Positions 1 to 10,132 of a stretch of 64,000 nt of DNA are shown here, piece by piece. Location: IMG/VR virus record IMGVR_UViG_3300046373_000136, positions 1 through 64,000 of that record; one strand, given 5' to 3'. The DNA is from a virus. The translations under genes were made by a program, and so were the position numbers. Position 1 is the first letter of the stretch. The number at the start of each line of letters is the position of its first letter. Below the pieces are notes generated by a model, which saw only the letters and a list, made by a program, of their open reading frames with translations, did no database searches and was not told where the DNA came from.

Positions 1-926
1 ACTGTGCCCTTTGCCACCTGTTGCGCAAGGGAAGCAAGAACCATCAGAAGTGGAATCGGGCCTGTGACTTCTACATCAATCTGATGCTGACAGACCAAGG
101 CTTTGAGCGTATCCCTACCTGGCTCTGGAACGATGGTTATCGTGGACTCAGTTCGGAACAGATTTATGATGCACTCCCCGAGGAACCCGAGGACAACTTC
201 GATCCTGATCTGATGCCACCGGGTGAAAGCGATGAGCCAAGTCGGCCAGAAGAAGTCCAGTACACCATGGACAAGCTGGTGCTCCAAGCCACCATGCAGG
301 CACAGAAGGCAGGCTGCGCCACCGGTGTGCCATCGGACATCGCGTTCTACCTGCAAGCCTTGCTTAATCCAAAGCTGCCATGGGAGATCATCCTCAAGCG
401 TTGGTTCGGCAAGTACAACCGCAAGGGCTACTCATGGAAGAAACCCAACAAGCGGTTCAACGATGACTACATGCCCAGCCGTGGCAGGCCAGGCTTCGAG
501 CATGCAGCGTTTGCAACGGACATCTCTGGCTCAGTCAGTGATGACGATTACAACCGCATCGTGTCCGAAGTGGCAGGCTGCATGGATCGCATGAAGCCGA
601 CCTGGATTCACTACCTGCAATTCAGTGAAACCATCACATCCATCAGCAAGGTCAAGACCACCCGCGAGCTGAAGAAAATTAAGTTCGTGGGACGTGGGGG
701 TACCGATGTCCGTGAGCTGTTCGAGTGGGCCGACAAGAACAAGCCGAAGGTCTTAGTCATCCTGACCGATGGTGAGTTTTACTGGCCACGTGAAAATCAA
801 AATGACCCGTTCGATGAAGCCTCGCCTTACATACTGCCAAGCTGCGATGTAGTTTGGCTCATCCATGACAACCCTGACTTCGTATCCCATTACGGCAAAG
901 TCATTCACTACGAGATCAACAAATGA
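1..926 (+). CDS. VWA-domain / DUF2201-type putative metallopeptidase (5' end lies before the window)
   Basis: Frame is open from the window edge (CALCHLLR...WNRACDFYIN). C-terminal VWA MIDAS motifs DISGS, GGGT-like GRGGTD and LTDG. Commonly found next to a MoxR AAA gene in N4-like phages. Confidence 0.8.
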   Translation, partial: CALCHLLRKGSKNHQKWNRACDFYINLMLTDQGFERIPTWLWNDGYRGLSSEQIYDALPEEPEDNFDPDLMPPGESDEPSRPEEVQYTMDKLVLQATMQAQKAGCATGVPSDIAFYLQALLNPKLPWEIILKRWFGKYNRKGYSWKKPNKRFNDDYMPSRGRPGFEHAAFATDISGSVSDDDYNRIVSEVAGCMDRMKPTWIHYLQFSETITSISKVKTTRELKKIKFVGRGGTDVRELFEWADKNKPKVLVILTDGEFYWPRENQNDPFDEASPYILPSCDVVWLIHDNPDFVSHYGKVIHYEINK

Positions 927-1288
927 AACCAGAAATCAAAGCTGAGTGGTTGGAAGAACTGACCAAACACAAGCAAGCCAAGGATGTGTTACGTAATGAA
1001 GAAGGCATGTGTTGCCTGGGTGTCCTCTGTGAAGTGGCATCCCGGCATACCATCGGCACATGGGAAAAACACGAAAAAGGATACGATCATCAATTTTCTT
1101 TTTCCTGTGAACTGGAAGATGTTGAATCACTCATTCTGCCTGATGCAGTCAGAACGTGGGCTGACATCGATACCAGTGGCTATATGCCATTTCAAGATAA
1201 ACAAAATCAACAAATGTCACTGGCTGTAGCCAACGACTTTGGCTGCACCTTTGCACAGATATCCGACCTAATCAAACATTTCTTTTAG
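923..1288 (+). CDS. hypothetical phage protein (CCLGVLC motif family)
   Basis: 121 aa, ATGA overlap with the upstream stop. Contains MCCLGVLCEV and C-terminal NDFGCTFAQISDLI. Confidence 0.7.
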   Translation: MKPEIKAEWLEELTKHKQAKDVLRNEEGMCCLGVLCEVASRHTIGTWEKHEKGYDHQFSFSCELEDVESLILPDAVRTWADIDTSGYMPFQDKQNQQMSLAVANDFGCTFAQISDLIKHFF

Positions 1289-1298
1289 AAAGAAACCC

Positions 1299-2561
1299 AT
1301 GAGCACCGCAATCAACATTGAAGATATCGTCCTCTCCGACGATCAACAGAACGCACTCGATGCGATCTGTGACTTCGTGACTGACCCAGAGCAAGCTGTC
1401 TTCGTGTTGAGCGGATACGCAGGCACGGGGAAGTCCACGCTGGTCAAGAAAATCCTGGACCATCTGCCCAAGTTCCTCAAGACCATTCAATTGGTCCAGC
1501 CGGACTACGAGAAGATGGACATCGAACTTACAGCCACCACCAACAGTGCATGTGAAGCACTCTCCCACATGTCCGGTGAAGTCGTCTGCACCATTCATTC
1601 CCTATTGGGCCTCCGGCTCCATACGGACTACAAGACCGGAGAGAATACCCTGGTCGCAGATAAGGCCAAGACGGTGTACAACAAGCTCATCTTCATTGAT
1701 GAAGCCAGCTACATCGACAAAAACCTGCTGCGTCACATCTTCGACTTCACCGATGGTTGCAAGATCATCTTCATGGGTGACCCAGCACAACTGGCACCTG
1801 TGAAGTCAGCCGACACACCGGTCTTCAACATGAAGTACCCCGGAGCCAAGCTGGAAAAGATCATGCGTCAGGCCGATGGCAATCCCATCATTGATCTGGC
1901 CACAGCCTTCCGTCATGCTGTCAACACCGGCGTGTTTCCAGAAGATGTGAACATTGATGGTACGTACATCAAGCACATGGGCCGGGACGAGTTCAACGAA
2001 GCCGTCAAGGCCGAGTTCACCCGTGATGACTGGCGCTTTGCTGACAGCAAGGTACTGGCCTGGACCAACCGCCGTGTCATTGAATACAACCACTACATCC
2101 GTGAGCTGGCCAAGGGTGATCCGAACTTCGAAGTCGAAGACTACGCTGTGGTGAATCAGTATGTCCAAGCTGGCAAGATCAGCTTCAAGACAGACCAGAT
2201 GGTGCGTGTCACCGGCATGCGTCCGTATGAAATCTTCGACACACCCGGCACGATGTTCGAGCTGGATGAGAAGGCCGAGCTGTTCATGCCTGCTTCACTG
2301 GCTATCCGCACGGAAGCGTTCAAGCGTGCTCAGGCACAGGAGAACTACAACATGGTGGTTAACATCAAGAACCAGTGGCTCGATCTCCGGGCAGCGTACT
2401 CCTGCACCATCAACAAGAGCCAGGGCCGGACCTACGACAAGGCATACATCGATCTCGATGACATCGGTGCATGCCGTAACAAGAACACCCTGGCTCGCAT
2501 GTTGTATGTCGGCTTCAGCCGTGCCCGTCACCAGCTGATCCTGACCGGTGATCTGAAGTGA
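1299..2561 (+). CDS. SF1B Dda/RecD-like DNA helicase
   Basis: Walker A GYAGTGKS, Walker B FIDEAS, GDPAQL, TINKSQGRT, YVGFSRAR. Sits upstream of the polymerase, as in N4. Confidence 0.93.
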   Translation: MSTAINIEDIVLSDDQQNALDAICDFVTDPEQAVFVLSGYAGTGKSTLVKKILDHLPKFLKTIQLVQPDYEKMDIELTATTNSACEALSHMSGEVVCTIHSLLGLRLHTDYKTGENTLVADKAKTVYNKLIFIDEASYIDKNLLRHIFDFTDGCKIIFMGDPAQLAPVKSADTPVFNMKYPGAKLEKIMRQADGNPIIDLATAFRHAVNTGVFPEDVNIDGTYIKHMGRDEFNEAVKAEFTRDDWRFADSKVLAWTNRRVIEYNHYIRELAKGDPNFEVEDYAVVNQYVQAGKISFKTDQMVRVTGMRPYEIFDTPGTMFELDEKAELFMPASLAIRTEAFKRAQAQENYNMVVNIKNQWLDLRAAYSCTINKSQGRTYDKAYIDLDDIGACRNKNTLARMLYVGFSRARHQLILTGDLK

Positions 2562-2637
2562 TGGGTTTCCCAGAAAAGAAAGGCGGTGACAGCGCCTAAG
2601 TTTCCACACATAATCCTTCTCCCGAGGAAAGAATAAT

Positions 2638-3186
2638 ATGACTACGCCCAAACCCCGTTACAACCAGGCGCAAGCCTATACGGCCAGTGTGAACGAAGTT
2701 AAAGAGCATCTTAACAACGCGATCATCAGCCACATTTATCACAACGTGATGAACGAGTTGACGGATGCCCTGCTGGGTATTGCAGTGGACAACGCCCTGC
2801 TCACAAAAACACCTTATCGTTCTTTCATCTACCGGGGCAAGTTTTACAACCTGGAAAGCACGGCGTCTGAAAGCCCAGTGGAACTCATGCCCACGCTACA
2901 TGCACGCATGAATGATTACCTGACCGAACACAAACAGGTATTCGGATATGAGATTCCCTGTATCAAGGGCATCCTCAAGTCAATGATGATGGCTAGTGAT
3001 CGCATCAGCGATTACAAACAAATCCTCCCTGACCAGATACACGAAGTCTTCCTGCCCTACAACCTGGGCGAACCAAAGCGCATCATGCAGCCGGCCGAGA
3101 TTGTCCGGTTGCAGAAGCGCATCACGCCTTTCATCAGTGTGATGAAAGCCCGCATGCTGCAAAACTTCATTCAAGGTCAACCATGA
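2638..3186 (+). CDS. hypothetical protein at the N4-like position between helicase and polymerase
   Basis: 182 aa, SD GAGGA upstream, syntenic position. Confidence 0.7.
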   Translation: MTTPKPRYNQAQAYTASVNEVKEHLNNAIISHIYHNVMNELTDALLGIAVDNALLTKTPYRSFIYRGKFYNLESTASESPVELMPTLHARMNDYLTEHKQVFGYEIPCIKGILKSMMMASDRISDYKQILPDQIHEVFLPYNLGEPKRIMQPAEIVRLQKRITPFISVMKARMLQNFIQGQP

Positions 3187-3386
3187 GTATTTATACGACT
3201 TTACTAGTCTCCCGTGCCGCTGCTCTTGAGGTATTGGATAAAGACTATCCCTTCCTCTCCAATGAAGCATTAGGTGATCTGCTGGATGGATGGATTGACC
3301 ATGCTTGTTATAACGTCCTCGTTGTATGTGAAACACATGGCAAAGACGACGCGACGTTAATTACTTTTGCAGAAAAGCCACATTAA
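3183..3386 (+). CDS. hypothetical protein
   Basis: 67 aa, ATGA-coupled to the previous gene. Confidence 0.55.
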   Translation: MSIYTTLLVSRAAALEVLDKDYPFLSNEALGDLLDGWIDHACYNVLVVCETHGKDDATLITFAEKPH

Positions 3387-3397
3387 AAGGAATCCAC

Positions 3398-6046
3398 ATG
3401 CAACATCACGTATTCTCTCCAACCCCTTCCGATGCATACCCGGTAGCTGTTCTCATTAAGCCTACCGCCTTCACCAAGCATGAGCTGGTCAAGGCGTACA
3501 TCAATCCGTTGGTGGAACGTGGTGTGGTACTTGAAGACATCATCGCCTTCACGTTGCAGTATGACGATCCGAAGAAGGTGTCCAACAAGACCGTCAAGGC
3601 ATACCTCGAGCAATTGTTACCCGAGCTGGATGCCCTGGGCACCAAAACCCTGTTCGTCATGGACGGCACCTATTTCAAGGTGCTTACCAACGAGAAGAAA
3701 GCCGAAGTCCACTTGGGCTACGTCCTGCCTTGCAAGATCAAAGGATATGAGCACATGAGCGTGGCACTGGGCATGAACTGGCAGTCCATGATCTACAACC
3801 TGGACTTCAAGGACAAGCTGGCTCTGGCCCTGCATGCGGTGGCATCCCACCAGAAAGACGAGTACGAGACCATTGGCAAGGACATCGTGCATTCGGAATA
3901 CTATCCAGGAAGCGTCCAGGAGATCGCAGAGGCGTTAAACGCCCTGCACCAATACCCTGAACTGTCTGCCGACATCGAAGCCTTCTCGCTGCGTTTTAAC
4001 GAGGCTGGCATCGGTTCCTGTGCATTTGCCTGGGATCAACACAATGGCATCGCCTTTGCCTGTGATTACCAAGACCTTGGGGAAAAGAATTCCGATGGGG
4101 AATATGGTCGATATGTCAAGAATCGAGCCATCAGGCAACTGCTGAAGCAATTCTTCACCGAGTACAAGGGCCGCATCAAGTGGCACCGGGCAGCGTATGA
4201 CTGCAAAGTCATCATCTACACCCTGTGGATGGATAACCTGCTGGACCAGCATGGCTGTCTGGATGGTCTGGACATCATGTATGCCCGATGTGACGACACC
4301 AAGCACATTGCCTACCTGGCCTTGAACAGTACCGCTGGCAACGAGCTGGGATTAAAGGTGCTGGCTCACCCGTTCGCTGGTAACTATGCCCAGGACGAGA
4401 TTAAGGATATCCGACGCATTCCGCTGCCACAGTTGCTTCGTTATAACTTAATCGATTGCCTGGCCACAAACTACGTGTGCGACACCTACTATCCCCGGAT
4501 GGTGCAGGACGAGCAGTTAGAGATTTATGAAACCCTGTTCATGCCGAGCCAAAAGCTGCAAACGCAAATGGAACTGGTGGGCATGCCGATGTCGGAGGCC
4601 AAGCTCCAAGAAGTAAAGATGAAGCTGATGGGAATCAGCGCCGGCCATACTGCGCACATGCGTAGTCAACCCCTCGTCAGGGAGATGGACCTGTGGGTCC
4701 AGAAGAAGCAACAGGCTGCGGCCAATGAAAAGCTGAAGACGTTCTCCAAGCTGCTGGTCTGCTTCCAGGATCACCGATTCAATCCCGGCAGTCCTCAACA
4801 GATGCAGGTGCTTCTGTACGAGAAGATGGGCCTACCCATCATCGACTTGACCGAGACCAAGCAACCTGCTGTGGGTGGTGAAACGCTGAAGAAGCTGATT
4901 CATCACTGCCAGTCCAATGACCATGTGCTGATCTTGGAAGCCCTAATCGGCTGGTCTGAAGCAGACAAGATACTGTCCACCTTCATCCCGGCATTCGAGC
5001 TGGGCATCAAGAAGACTACGGATGGCATCCTCTGGCTCCATGGCAACTTCAATCTGGGTGGCACAGTCTCCGGCCGGCTCAGCTCGTCGGACCCGAACAT
5101 GCAGAACATCCCTGCCAACTCCACCTTCGGGAAGTTGATCAAGAAAATCTTCATGGCTCCACCGGGCTGGATATTCTGTGGTGCTGACTTTAATTCTCTT
5201 GAGGATTACATCAGCGCCTTGACCAGCCGTGATCCGATGAAGCTCAAGGTCTATACCGATGGCTTCGATGGTCACTGTCTGCGAGCAGTCTTCTACTACC
5301 CCGAGGAACTGGGCTATATCGATGCCACTGATCCGGATCAAGTCAATGCGATTGCAGAGAAGACGCATCCGTTCGCCTATCTGCGGCAGGAGTCGAAGAC
5401 ACCGACCTTCGCACTCACCTATCAGGGCACGTATTACACCCTGATGCAGAACTTGGGCTGGCCAGAGGAAAAGGCCAAGCGTGTCGAGAAGGCGTATCAC
5501 GAACTGTACAAGGTGAGTGACGAATACATCCAGGGGCGTATTGAAAATGAAGCCTGCAAACTTGGGTACGTCACTGTGGCCTTCGGCCTCCGTGTCCGTA
5601 CCCCATTGCTGGGGCAGGTGGTGTATGGCAAGCGCATGCCGTACGAAGCCAAGGCTGAAGGCAGGACCGTGGGTAACGCCATGGGCCAGTCCTACTGCCT
5701 GCTCAACAATCGTGCTGCTGTGGACTTCTGGCTCAAGGTGTGGGCATCGGAATATCGTTATGAGATTCTGCCCTGCGCCATGATCCATGACGCAATCTAT
5801 GCCCTGATCGTGGACCATCCTGAAGTAGTTGAGTGGGCTAACCGCGAGCTGATCAAGTCGATGAGCTGGCAAGAACTGCCCGAGCTGCAACATGACACCG
5901 TGAAGATCGGTGCCGCACTGGATATCTTCTGGCCGAACTGGGCCAACGGTATCACCCTACCCATCAACGCCGACCAAGCAACGATCCTCGCCACCTGTGA
6001 AAAGGGACAAGCGAAGTATGAGACCAAGCTGAAGGAGGCAGCTTAA
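3398..6046 (+). CDS. family A DNA polymerase (N4-type) with 3'-5' exonuclease and N-terminal extension
   Basis: Exo I SADIE, GTVSGRLSSSDPNMQN, motif A ADFNSLE, motif B RQESKTPTFALTY, motif C IHDAIY. SD AAGGA. No intein visible. Confidence 0.96.
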   Translation: MQHHVFSPTPSDAYPVAVLIKPTAFTKHELVKAYINPLVERGVVLEDIIAFTLQYDDPKKVSNKTVKAYLEQLLPELDALGTKTLFVMDGTYFKVLTNEKKAEVHLGYVLPCKIKGYEHMSVALGMNWQSMIYNLDFKDKLALALHAVASHQKDEYETIGKDIVHSEYYPGSVQEIAEALNALHQYPELSADIEAFSLRFNEAGIGSCAFAWDQHNGIAFACDYQDLGEKNSDGEYGRYVKNRAIRQLLKQFFTEYKGRIKWHRAAYDCKVIIYTLWMDNLLDQHGCLDGLDIMYARCDDTKHIAYLALNSTAGNELGLKVLAHPFAGNYAQDEIKDIRRIPLPQLLRYNLIDCLATNYVCDTYYPRMVQDEQLEIYETLFMPSQKLQTQMELVGMPMSEAKLQEVKMKLMGISAGHTAHMRSQPLVREMDLWVQKKQQAAANEKLKTFSKLLVCFQDHRFNPGSPQQMQVLLYEKMGLPIIDLTETKQPAVGGETLKKLIHHCQSNDHVLILEALIGWSEADKILSTFIPAFELGIKKTTDGILWLHGNFNLGGTVSGRLSSSDPNMQNIPANSTFGKLIKKIFMAPPGWIFCGADFNSLEDYISALTSRDPMKLKVYTDGFDGHCLRAVFYYPEELGYIDATDPDQVNAIAEKTHPFAYLRQESKTPTFALTYQGTYYTLMQNLGWPEEKAKRVEKAYHELYKVSDEYIQGRIENEACKLGYVTVAFGLRVRTPLLGQVVYGKRMPYEAKAEGRTVGNAMGQSYCLLNNRAAVDFWLKVWASEYRYEILPCAMIHDAIYALIVDHPEVVEWANRELIKSMSWQELPELQHDTVKIGAALDIFWPNWANGITLPINADQATILATCEKGQAKYETKLKEAA

Positions 6047-6059
6047 TTAAGGAAAAAAT

Positions 6060-6728
6060 ATGAGCCTGTTCATCTACAAGTGGGGCGAAGACGACAATGG
6101 GGAAACTGGCTGGATATCGAAGATGCATGACAACTTCGATGTCTCCTATGGTGACCTCATCGTCCATGATGTCATTGAACACTTCCCCCGTGGTCACAAG
6201 CACGGGGGTGCTGTTGATGAGCTGCTGGCACTTGGTGCTCGTGCATGGATACGCATAGAGAGTGGTTGGTTCTGGCGTGGTCCCTACACCAAGATTCAAC
6301 CCAAAGAAACCTGGGGCTACGAGATACGCCGCATTGCAGAGCATAACGACTTGGACAGCATCCCCCGAGCCAAGCCGATTGATGAGATCGAGTCAGATTG
6401 TGATTGTGATCTAGTCGCCTGCCTCCCTTTTGCCGCTAAGGAGATCAATGAATACCACATGGAAATCGAAAACGAGGACCATGTTGACCTAAAAGGTGAT
6501 GAACCTGATCTGGTGAACTGTCTTTATTGGTTCCGGCGTGGTGTTCTAGCTGCTCAGAAACGTTACAAGGGTAGAAGTGCTGACGAAGTAATGTGGTTGG
6601 CTGATCAGATGAAAGAAGAACTGACTAACCCACGATTCGCCAATGCTCAAGATGGTGACGAGCTGCATATCCGTGTGCATGAAAAAGACATGGAATTTAA
6701 AATTACCCACAAATCGCTTTACAATTAA
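6060..6728 (+). CDS. hypothetical acidic protein with HDxxEH putative metal-binding motif
   Basis: 222 aa, SD TAAGGA, LIVHDVIEHF followed by DELLALG. Confidence 0.7.
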   Translation: MSLFIYKWGEDDNGETGWISKMHDNFDVSYGDLIVHDVIEHFPRGHKHGGAVDELLALGARAWIRIESGWFWRGPYTKIQPKETWGYEIRRIAEHNDLDSIPRAKPIDEIESDCDCDLVACLPFAAKEINEYHMEIENEDHVDLKGDEPDLVNCLYWFRRGVLAAQKRYKGRSADEVMWLADQMKEELTNPRFANAQDGDELHIRVHEKDMEFKITHKSLYN

Positions 6729-6738
6729 GGAGCACCAA

Positions 6739-6930
6739 ATGGCAGCAAAGAAAATCAATGAAGCTAAGTTCACCGCTTGGACCAAGAGTGGTATGAAAAT
6801 GGAATGCAGCGGCATAATTGCTGGCTGCTCCCTGGAACTGTTCGGTGTGATCGATTCACCCGAACTACGTGTCAAGATCATGGAATCCATGAAGGCACGT
6901 CACGACAAGCTGGTGGAAGCCGGCGTCTGA
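6739..6930 (+). CDS. hypothetical protein
   Basis: Start reassigned to ATG 6739 (MAAKKIN...) because of strong SD TAAGGAG; 63 aa. Confidence 0.7.
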   Translation: MAAKKINEAKFTAWTKSGMKMECSGIIAGCSLELFGVIDSPELRVKIMESMKARHDKLVEAGV

Positions 6931-6971
6931 ACAAAGTAGCACCCTCTCCGTAATCTAACCAAGGAACCAAA

Positions 6972-7418
6972 ATGAAAAAACTGTACCGCTCCATGATCTT
7001 CGCAGCACTCTCCGCAACCTTCATCGCTGGCTGTGGCCAGAAAGAAGTCGCCTTCGATACGCTCGAAGATGCACGCGCTCAGGCACGGGCCAACGGCCTG
7101 TGGAATGCCAAGATGTATGTGGCAGAAAATCCCCGCTTCGACAATCACCAGATCGTCAGCCACGGTGACTCGTCCCAGACTCCAGCTTGTCCACAAGGTG
7201 ACGGTTGGGCATCGGTCTCGATCATGAAACTACTGGAACCGGCACCTGGTGAAAAGAAAGGTGTTATCGAGAAGTTCACCGCCAAGTGCAGCACCGTGTC
7301 CGGCACCGTAGGCTGCTACCTGGACGCCGACTTCAAGAAGAAGGCGTATGCCAATGAAGATGGCCAATGCCAGCCGACTTCCAAGGTGCCATTTCCACTG
7401 CCGAAGATCGCCAAGTAA
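6972..7418 (+). CDS. Cys-rich lipoprotein
   Basis: Signal peptide MKKLYRSMIFAALSATF with lipobox IAG-C; four more Cys in the mature part; SD AAGGA. Confidence 0.8.
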   Translation: MKKLYRSMIFAALSATFIAGCGQKEVAFDTLEDARAQARANGLWNAKMYVAENPRFDNHQIVSHGDSSQTPACPQGDGWASVSIMKLLEPAPGEKKGVIEKFTAKCSTVSGTVGCYLDADFKKKAYANEDGQCQPTSKVPFPLPKIAK

Positions 7419-7422
7419 CAGC

Positions 7423-7785
7423 ATGGCTACTTACAACGTTCGGTGTCGCAACTCAAGTTGTCGGCATCGGCGGGTAAGTACGGTACACCCTGATGAATAC
7501 AAAGCCACACCGCGCTGCGCCGCCTGCGGCTTGCAGCGTGGGTGGCGGTTGGAACGAAGGCTGACAGACAGATCATTGCTCTGTCATTGCAACGGTCCTG
7601 ACATGGTGGCCGGCAGACACTACCCGCACAGCCCGACACACTACCTCTGTGATAAGCACCCACGGGGCTATTACAACCAGGCACGTCAAATGGGTATTCC
7701 CCACAAAGAGATACCTGTCGAGTTCGGCGGTGGTCTCACACCTGAACAGGAAGAAGAAATATGCCCCCCTATACCCTCACCGTGA
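7423..7785 (+). CDS. Cys/His-rich putative zinc-binding protein
   Basis: From ATG 7423: CRNSSC...CAAC...CHC...HYPH...HYLCDKH. Confidence 0.65.
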   Translation: MATYNVRCRNSSCRHRRVSTVHPDEYKATPRCAACGLQRGWRLERRLTDRSLLCHCNGPDMVAGRHYPHSPTHYLCDKHPRGYYNQARQMGIPHKEIPVEFGGGLTPEQEEEICPPIPSP

Positions 7786-8102
7786 ACGATATTGAATCGA
7801 TCACCCCTGAAGAATTCACCCGTGGCACAGCTCGTCTGTTACCTGTCATGCGGGATATTCCCTTCTCGATCCGGAATGGTCATGGTCCCTACTATGCATT
7901 GGCTCAGGCCATGATGTATGGGGAACCCTTGCCTGATTCCGAAGTAACCAATAATCCAGGCTATCCGGAGTCATCCGAATTCATAGAAGCATTTCAACGC
8001 TGCTTGATTGCCCATTTATGCAACATCGATACGGATCATGATGACCGCATCAAAGGTGTGGCTGTCATGTTGTCCAAAGTCTTTACTCTCACGGAGGAAT
8101 AA
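7761..8102 (+). CDS. hypothetical protein
   Basis: 113 aa, AGGA upstream, TAATG coupling to the next gene. Confidence 0.65.
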   Translation: MPPYTLTVNDIESITPEEFTRGTARLLPVMRDIPFSIRNGHGPYYALAQAMMYGEPLPDSEVTNNPGYPESSEFIEAFQRCLIAHLCNIDTDHDDRIKGVAVMLSKVFTLTEE

Positions 8103-8644
8103 TGTTTGATCTGACTAAGAAATTTCGTACCCGTAGTGGTGAGCCAGTTAGTAATTTAAAGCTCGTTGAAAACGGTAGCCTATGGAAGTACAGAGGCAAC
8201 ATTAATGATGGAAGACATATTTGGACTTTTGAAGGAAGATGGAGTGCTGACCAAAAACAGCATGACAATGACCTTGTTCAAGTTCCAGATGTAAATTTGG
8301 ATTTTACCAAACCAATACAAACCAAGGCTGGCTTGGAAGTCACCATTCTCAGTACCAAAGGCCGTGCACCTTACACCATCATCGGTTATAGGGGCGTAGA
8401 AACACACAGCACATCATGGACCCAAGAAGGTAAATGGGTCGATGGGGATGATAACCACCATGACCTGATGAACACGCCGCCTGTGAAAAAAGTCATGTAC
8501 CTGAATTTATATGACAGTAGAAAGGGCATACTCACCACCCGTGAAGAAGCAGACAGGTTGGCTGCAAGCGTTGAAGATAACACCTTCAAGCATCGTATTG
8601 CCTGTGTTCGTGTTGAATACACTGAAGGACAATTTGACAAATAA
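8102..8644 (+). CDS. hypothetical protein with two ~60-aa internal repeats
   Basis: FDLTKKFRTRSG...WTFEGRW...DNDLVQVP versus LDFTKPIQTKAG...WTQEGKW...HHDLMNTP; SD GGAGG. Confidence 0.75.
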   Translation: MFDLTKKFRTRSGEPVSNLKLVENGSLWKYRGNINDGRHIWTFEGRWSADQKQHDNDLVQVPDVNLDFTKPIQTKAGLEVTILSTKGRAPYTIIGYRGVETHSTSWTQEGKWVDGDDNHHDLMNTPPVKKVMYLNLYDSRKGILTTREEADRLAASVEDNTFKHRIACVRVEYTEGQFDK

Positions 8645-8654
8645 GGAGCTTGCT

Positions 8655-8831
8655 GTGATCAACAAACAAGAAGCAAAACATCTCAAGACACTTATCACTC
8701 AGTTAGTTCAAGCGGAGCTTGATAACTCCTGGAAAGGGAGTGGTGACCCTGTTGCCATTCCTGAGATAGAGAAAAAGCTGATACTCAAGAAGCGTCGGCT
8801 TGATGAATATATCGAGCTTCTGAAAGGATGA
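8655..8831 (+). CDS. hypothetical protein
   Basis: GTG start after SD TAAGGAG; 58 aa. Confidence 0.55.
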   Translation: MINKQEAKHLKTLITQLVQAELDNSWKGSGDPVAIPEIEKKLILKKRRLDEYIELLKG

Positions 8832-8834
8832 GTC

Positions 8835-9095
8835 ATGATCTTCGACACCAAAGTGCACGGCATTCCATGCCAGTGTGAAGTGACCCACTACCGATCATAT
8901 AAGCCGGCCTTCATTGAAGGACCACCGGAGAATGCAGAACCGGCCATACCGTCTGAATTTGAATATAACATTCTGGACAAACGTGGTCGTCGTGCGCTTT
9001 GGCTTGAGAAGTATTTAACTCCAGCAGATAATGACCGGCTATTAAATGAATTCCAACTCGAAGTCCGAGCGGAAGATTACAACAACCACTATTAA
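8835..9095 (+). CDS. hypothetical phage protein
   Basis: 86 aa, GIPCQCEVTHY...FEYNILDKRGRRALWLE; SD AAGGA. Confidence 0.7.
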   Translation: MIFDTKVHGIPCQCEVTHYRSYKPAFIEGPPENAEPAIPSEFEYNILDKRGRRALWLEKYLTPADNDRLLNEFQLEVRAEDYNNHY

Positions 9096-9103
9096 AGGCA
9101 AAC

Positions 9104-9547
9104 ATGAAACATCTCTGGTTCCACAAGTTGTTCAACACCGCAGCCTACAAGAATAAAATAAACGAGGAACAACAAGCCGCCAGTGCCAAACTGGTAGCAA
9201 ATGCACAAGAACGGGAAGCGCGTCGTAGGCGCATTACTGATCAGATCGCCAAAGACAATGCCGGCCGAAGCCGTATGGTGCAGGACTATCCTGTACAGCG
9301 TCGTACGGTTACCGAGCAATCTCCTGATCCCTACATGCCAACGCATCAAGGCTGGCCATACCCTGACTTCCGAACACCTGTTCCACAGGCTGAGCCATTC
9401 GAAGGCAAGGGTGGCACATTCGATGGTGCCGGTGCCAGTAGTGACTGGGACAGAAGCCCAGCGCCCAGTGCCGTCAGTGAAGCGCCATCGTCCAGCTCAT
9501 CGAGTACCGACAGTGGATCATCTTCTTCATCCAGCAATCCTGATTAA
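9104..9547 (+). CDS. hypothetical protein with low-complexity G/S tail
   Basis: 147 aa; FEGKGGTFDGAGASSDW followed by a poly-Ser C-terminus. Confidence 0.65.
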   Translation: MKHLWFHKLFNTAAYKNKINEEQQAASAKLVANAQEREARRRRITDQIAKDNAGRSRMVQDYPVQRRTVTEQSPDPYMPTHQGWPYPDFRTPVPQAEPFEGKGGTFDGAGASSDWDRSPAPSAVSEAPSSSSSSTDSGSSSSSSNPD

Positions 9548-9556
9548 AGGAGCATC

Positions 9557-9799
9557 ATGAAACGAGTCTACAAGCGCAAGCTGACCCTGTGGTATTCATC
9601 AACAGTTCTACCACAGCGTCCTGGTGTCTATCAGGTCAGTGGCTACGATACACGGCATCGTCGTGGGGGAGCCATCCTGTATTGCTACTGGAATGGAGCC
9701 AAGTGGTCTGTAACATGCAGGACACTGGAACAGGCATACGCATGCCGTAACATACAACGCAATGCATCACGTCCTTGGCGTGGGCGTACTGAACCGTAA
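9557..9799 (+). CDS. hypothetical basic protein
   Basis: 80 aa, SD AAGGAG, PQRPGVYQV...YCYWNGAKW. Confidence 0.65.
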   Translation: MKRVYKRKLTLWYSSTVLPQRPGVYQVSGYDTRHRRGGAILYCYWNGAKWSVTCRTLEQAYACRNIQRNASRPWRGRTEP

Positions 9800-9802
9800 A
9801 TA

Positions 9803-10123
9803 ATGAAAATGCCAGAACAAAAACAAACTGATGCCCTGACCAAGCTGGCAGACAAGTACAACATGACGCAGGAAGACCGTACTGCATTATTCATGATGTA
9901 CCTGTCTACCCACAATCCCGAAGGTTACACCCTAGTCCCGAACGACATCCCTGATGAAATGATGCGTGCCCTGATTCAAGGGGATACCCGCAAAATCTCA
10001 TTGGGCTACTGGGAATACTTGAAGGATTCCATTCGCCGCAAGTGGAAAGATGCACTAGCCCTTGCTCCCAAACCCAAGCCCTACGACCCAGACAAATGGG
10101 GCGAAGACGGCTCCGTCTTTTAA
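9803..10123 (+). CDS. hypothetical protein
   Basis: 106 aa, packed in frame with its neighbours. Confidence 0.6.
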   Translation: MKMPEQKQTDALTKLADKYNMTQEDRTALFMMYLSTHNPEGYTLVPNDIPDEMMRALIQGDTRKISLGYWEYLKDSIRRKWKDALALAPKPKPYDPDKWGEDGSVF

Positions 10124-10132
10124 GGAAACACC

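Noticed and set aside
3398-6046. Intein or intron in the polymerase (also checked nrdJ and primase)
   Set aside because: Frames are continuous, lengths are ordinary and no splicing motifs are evident.
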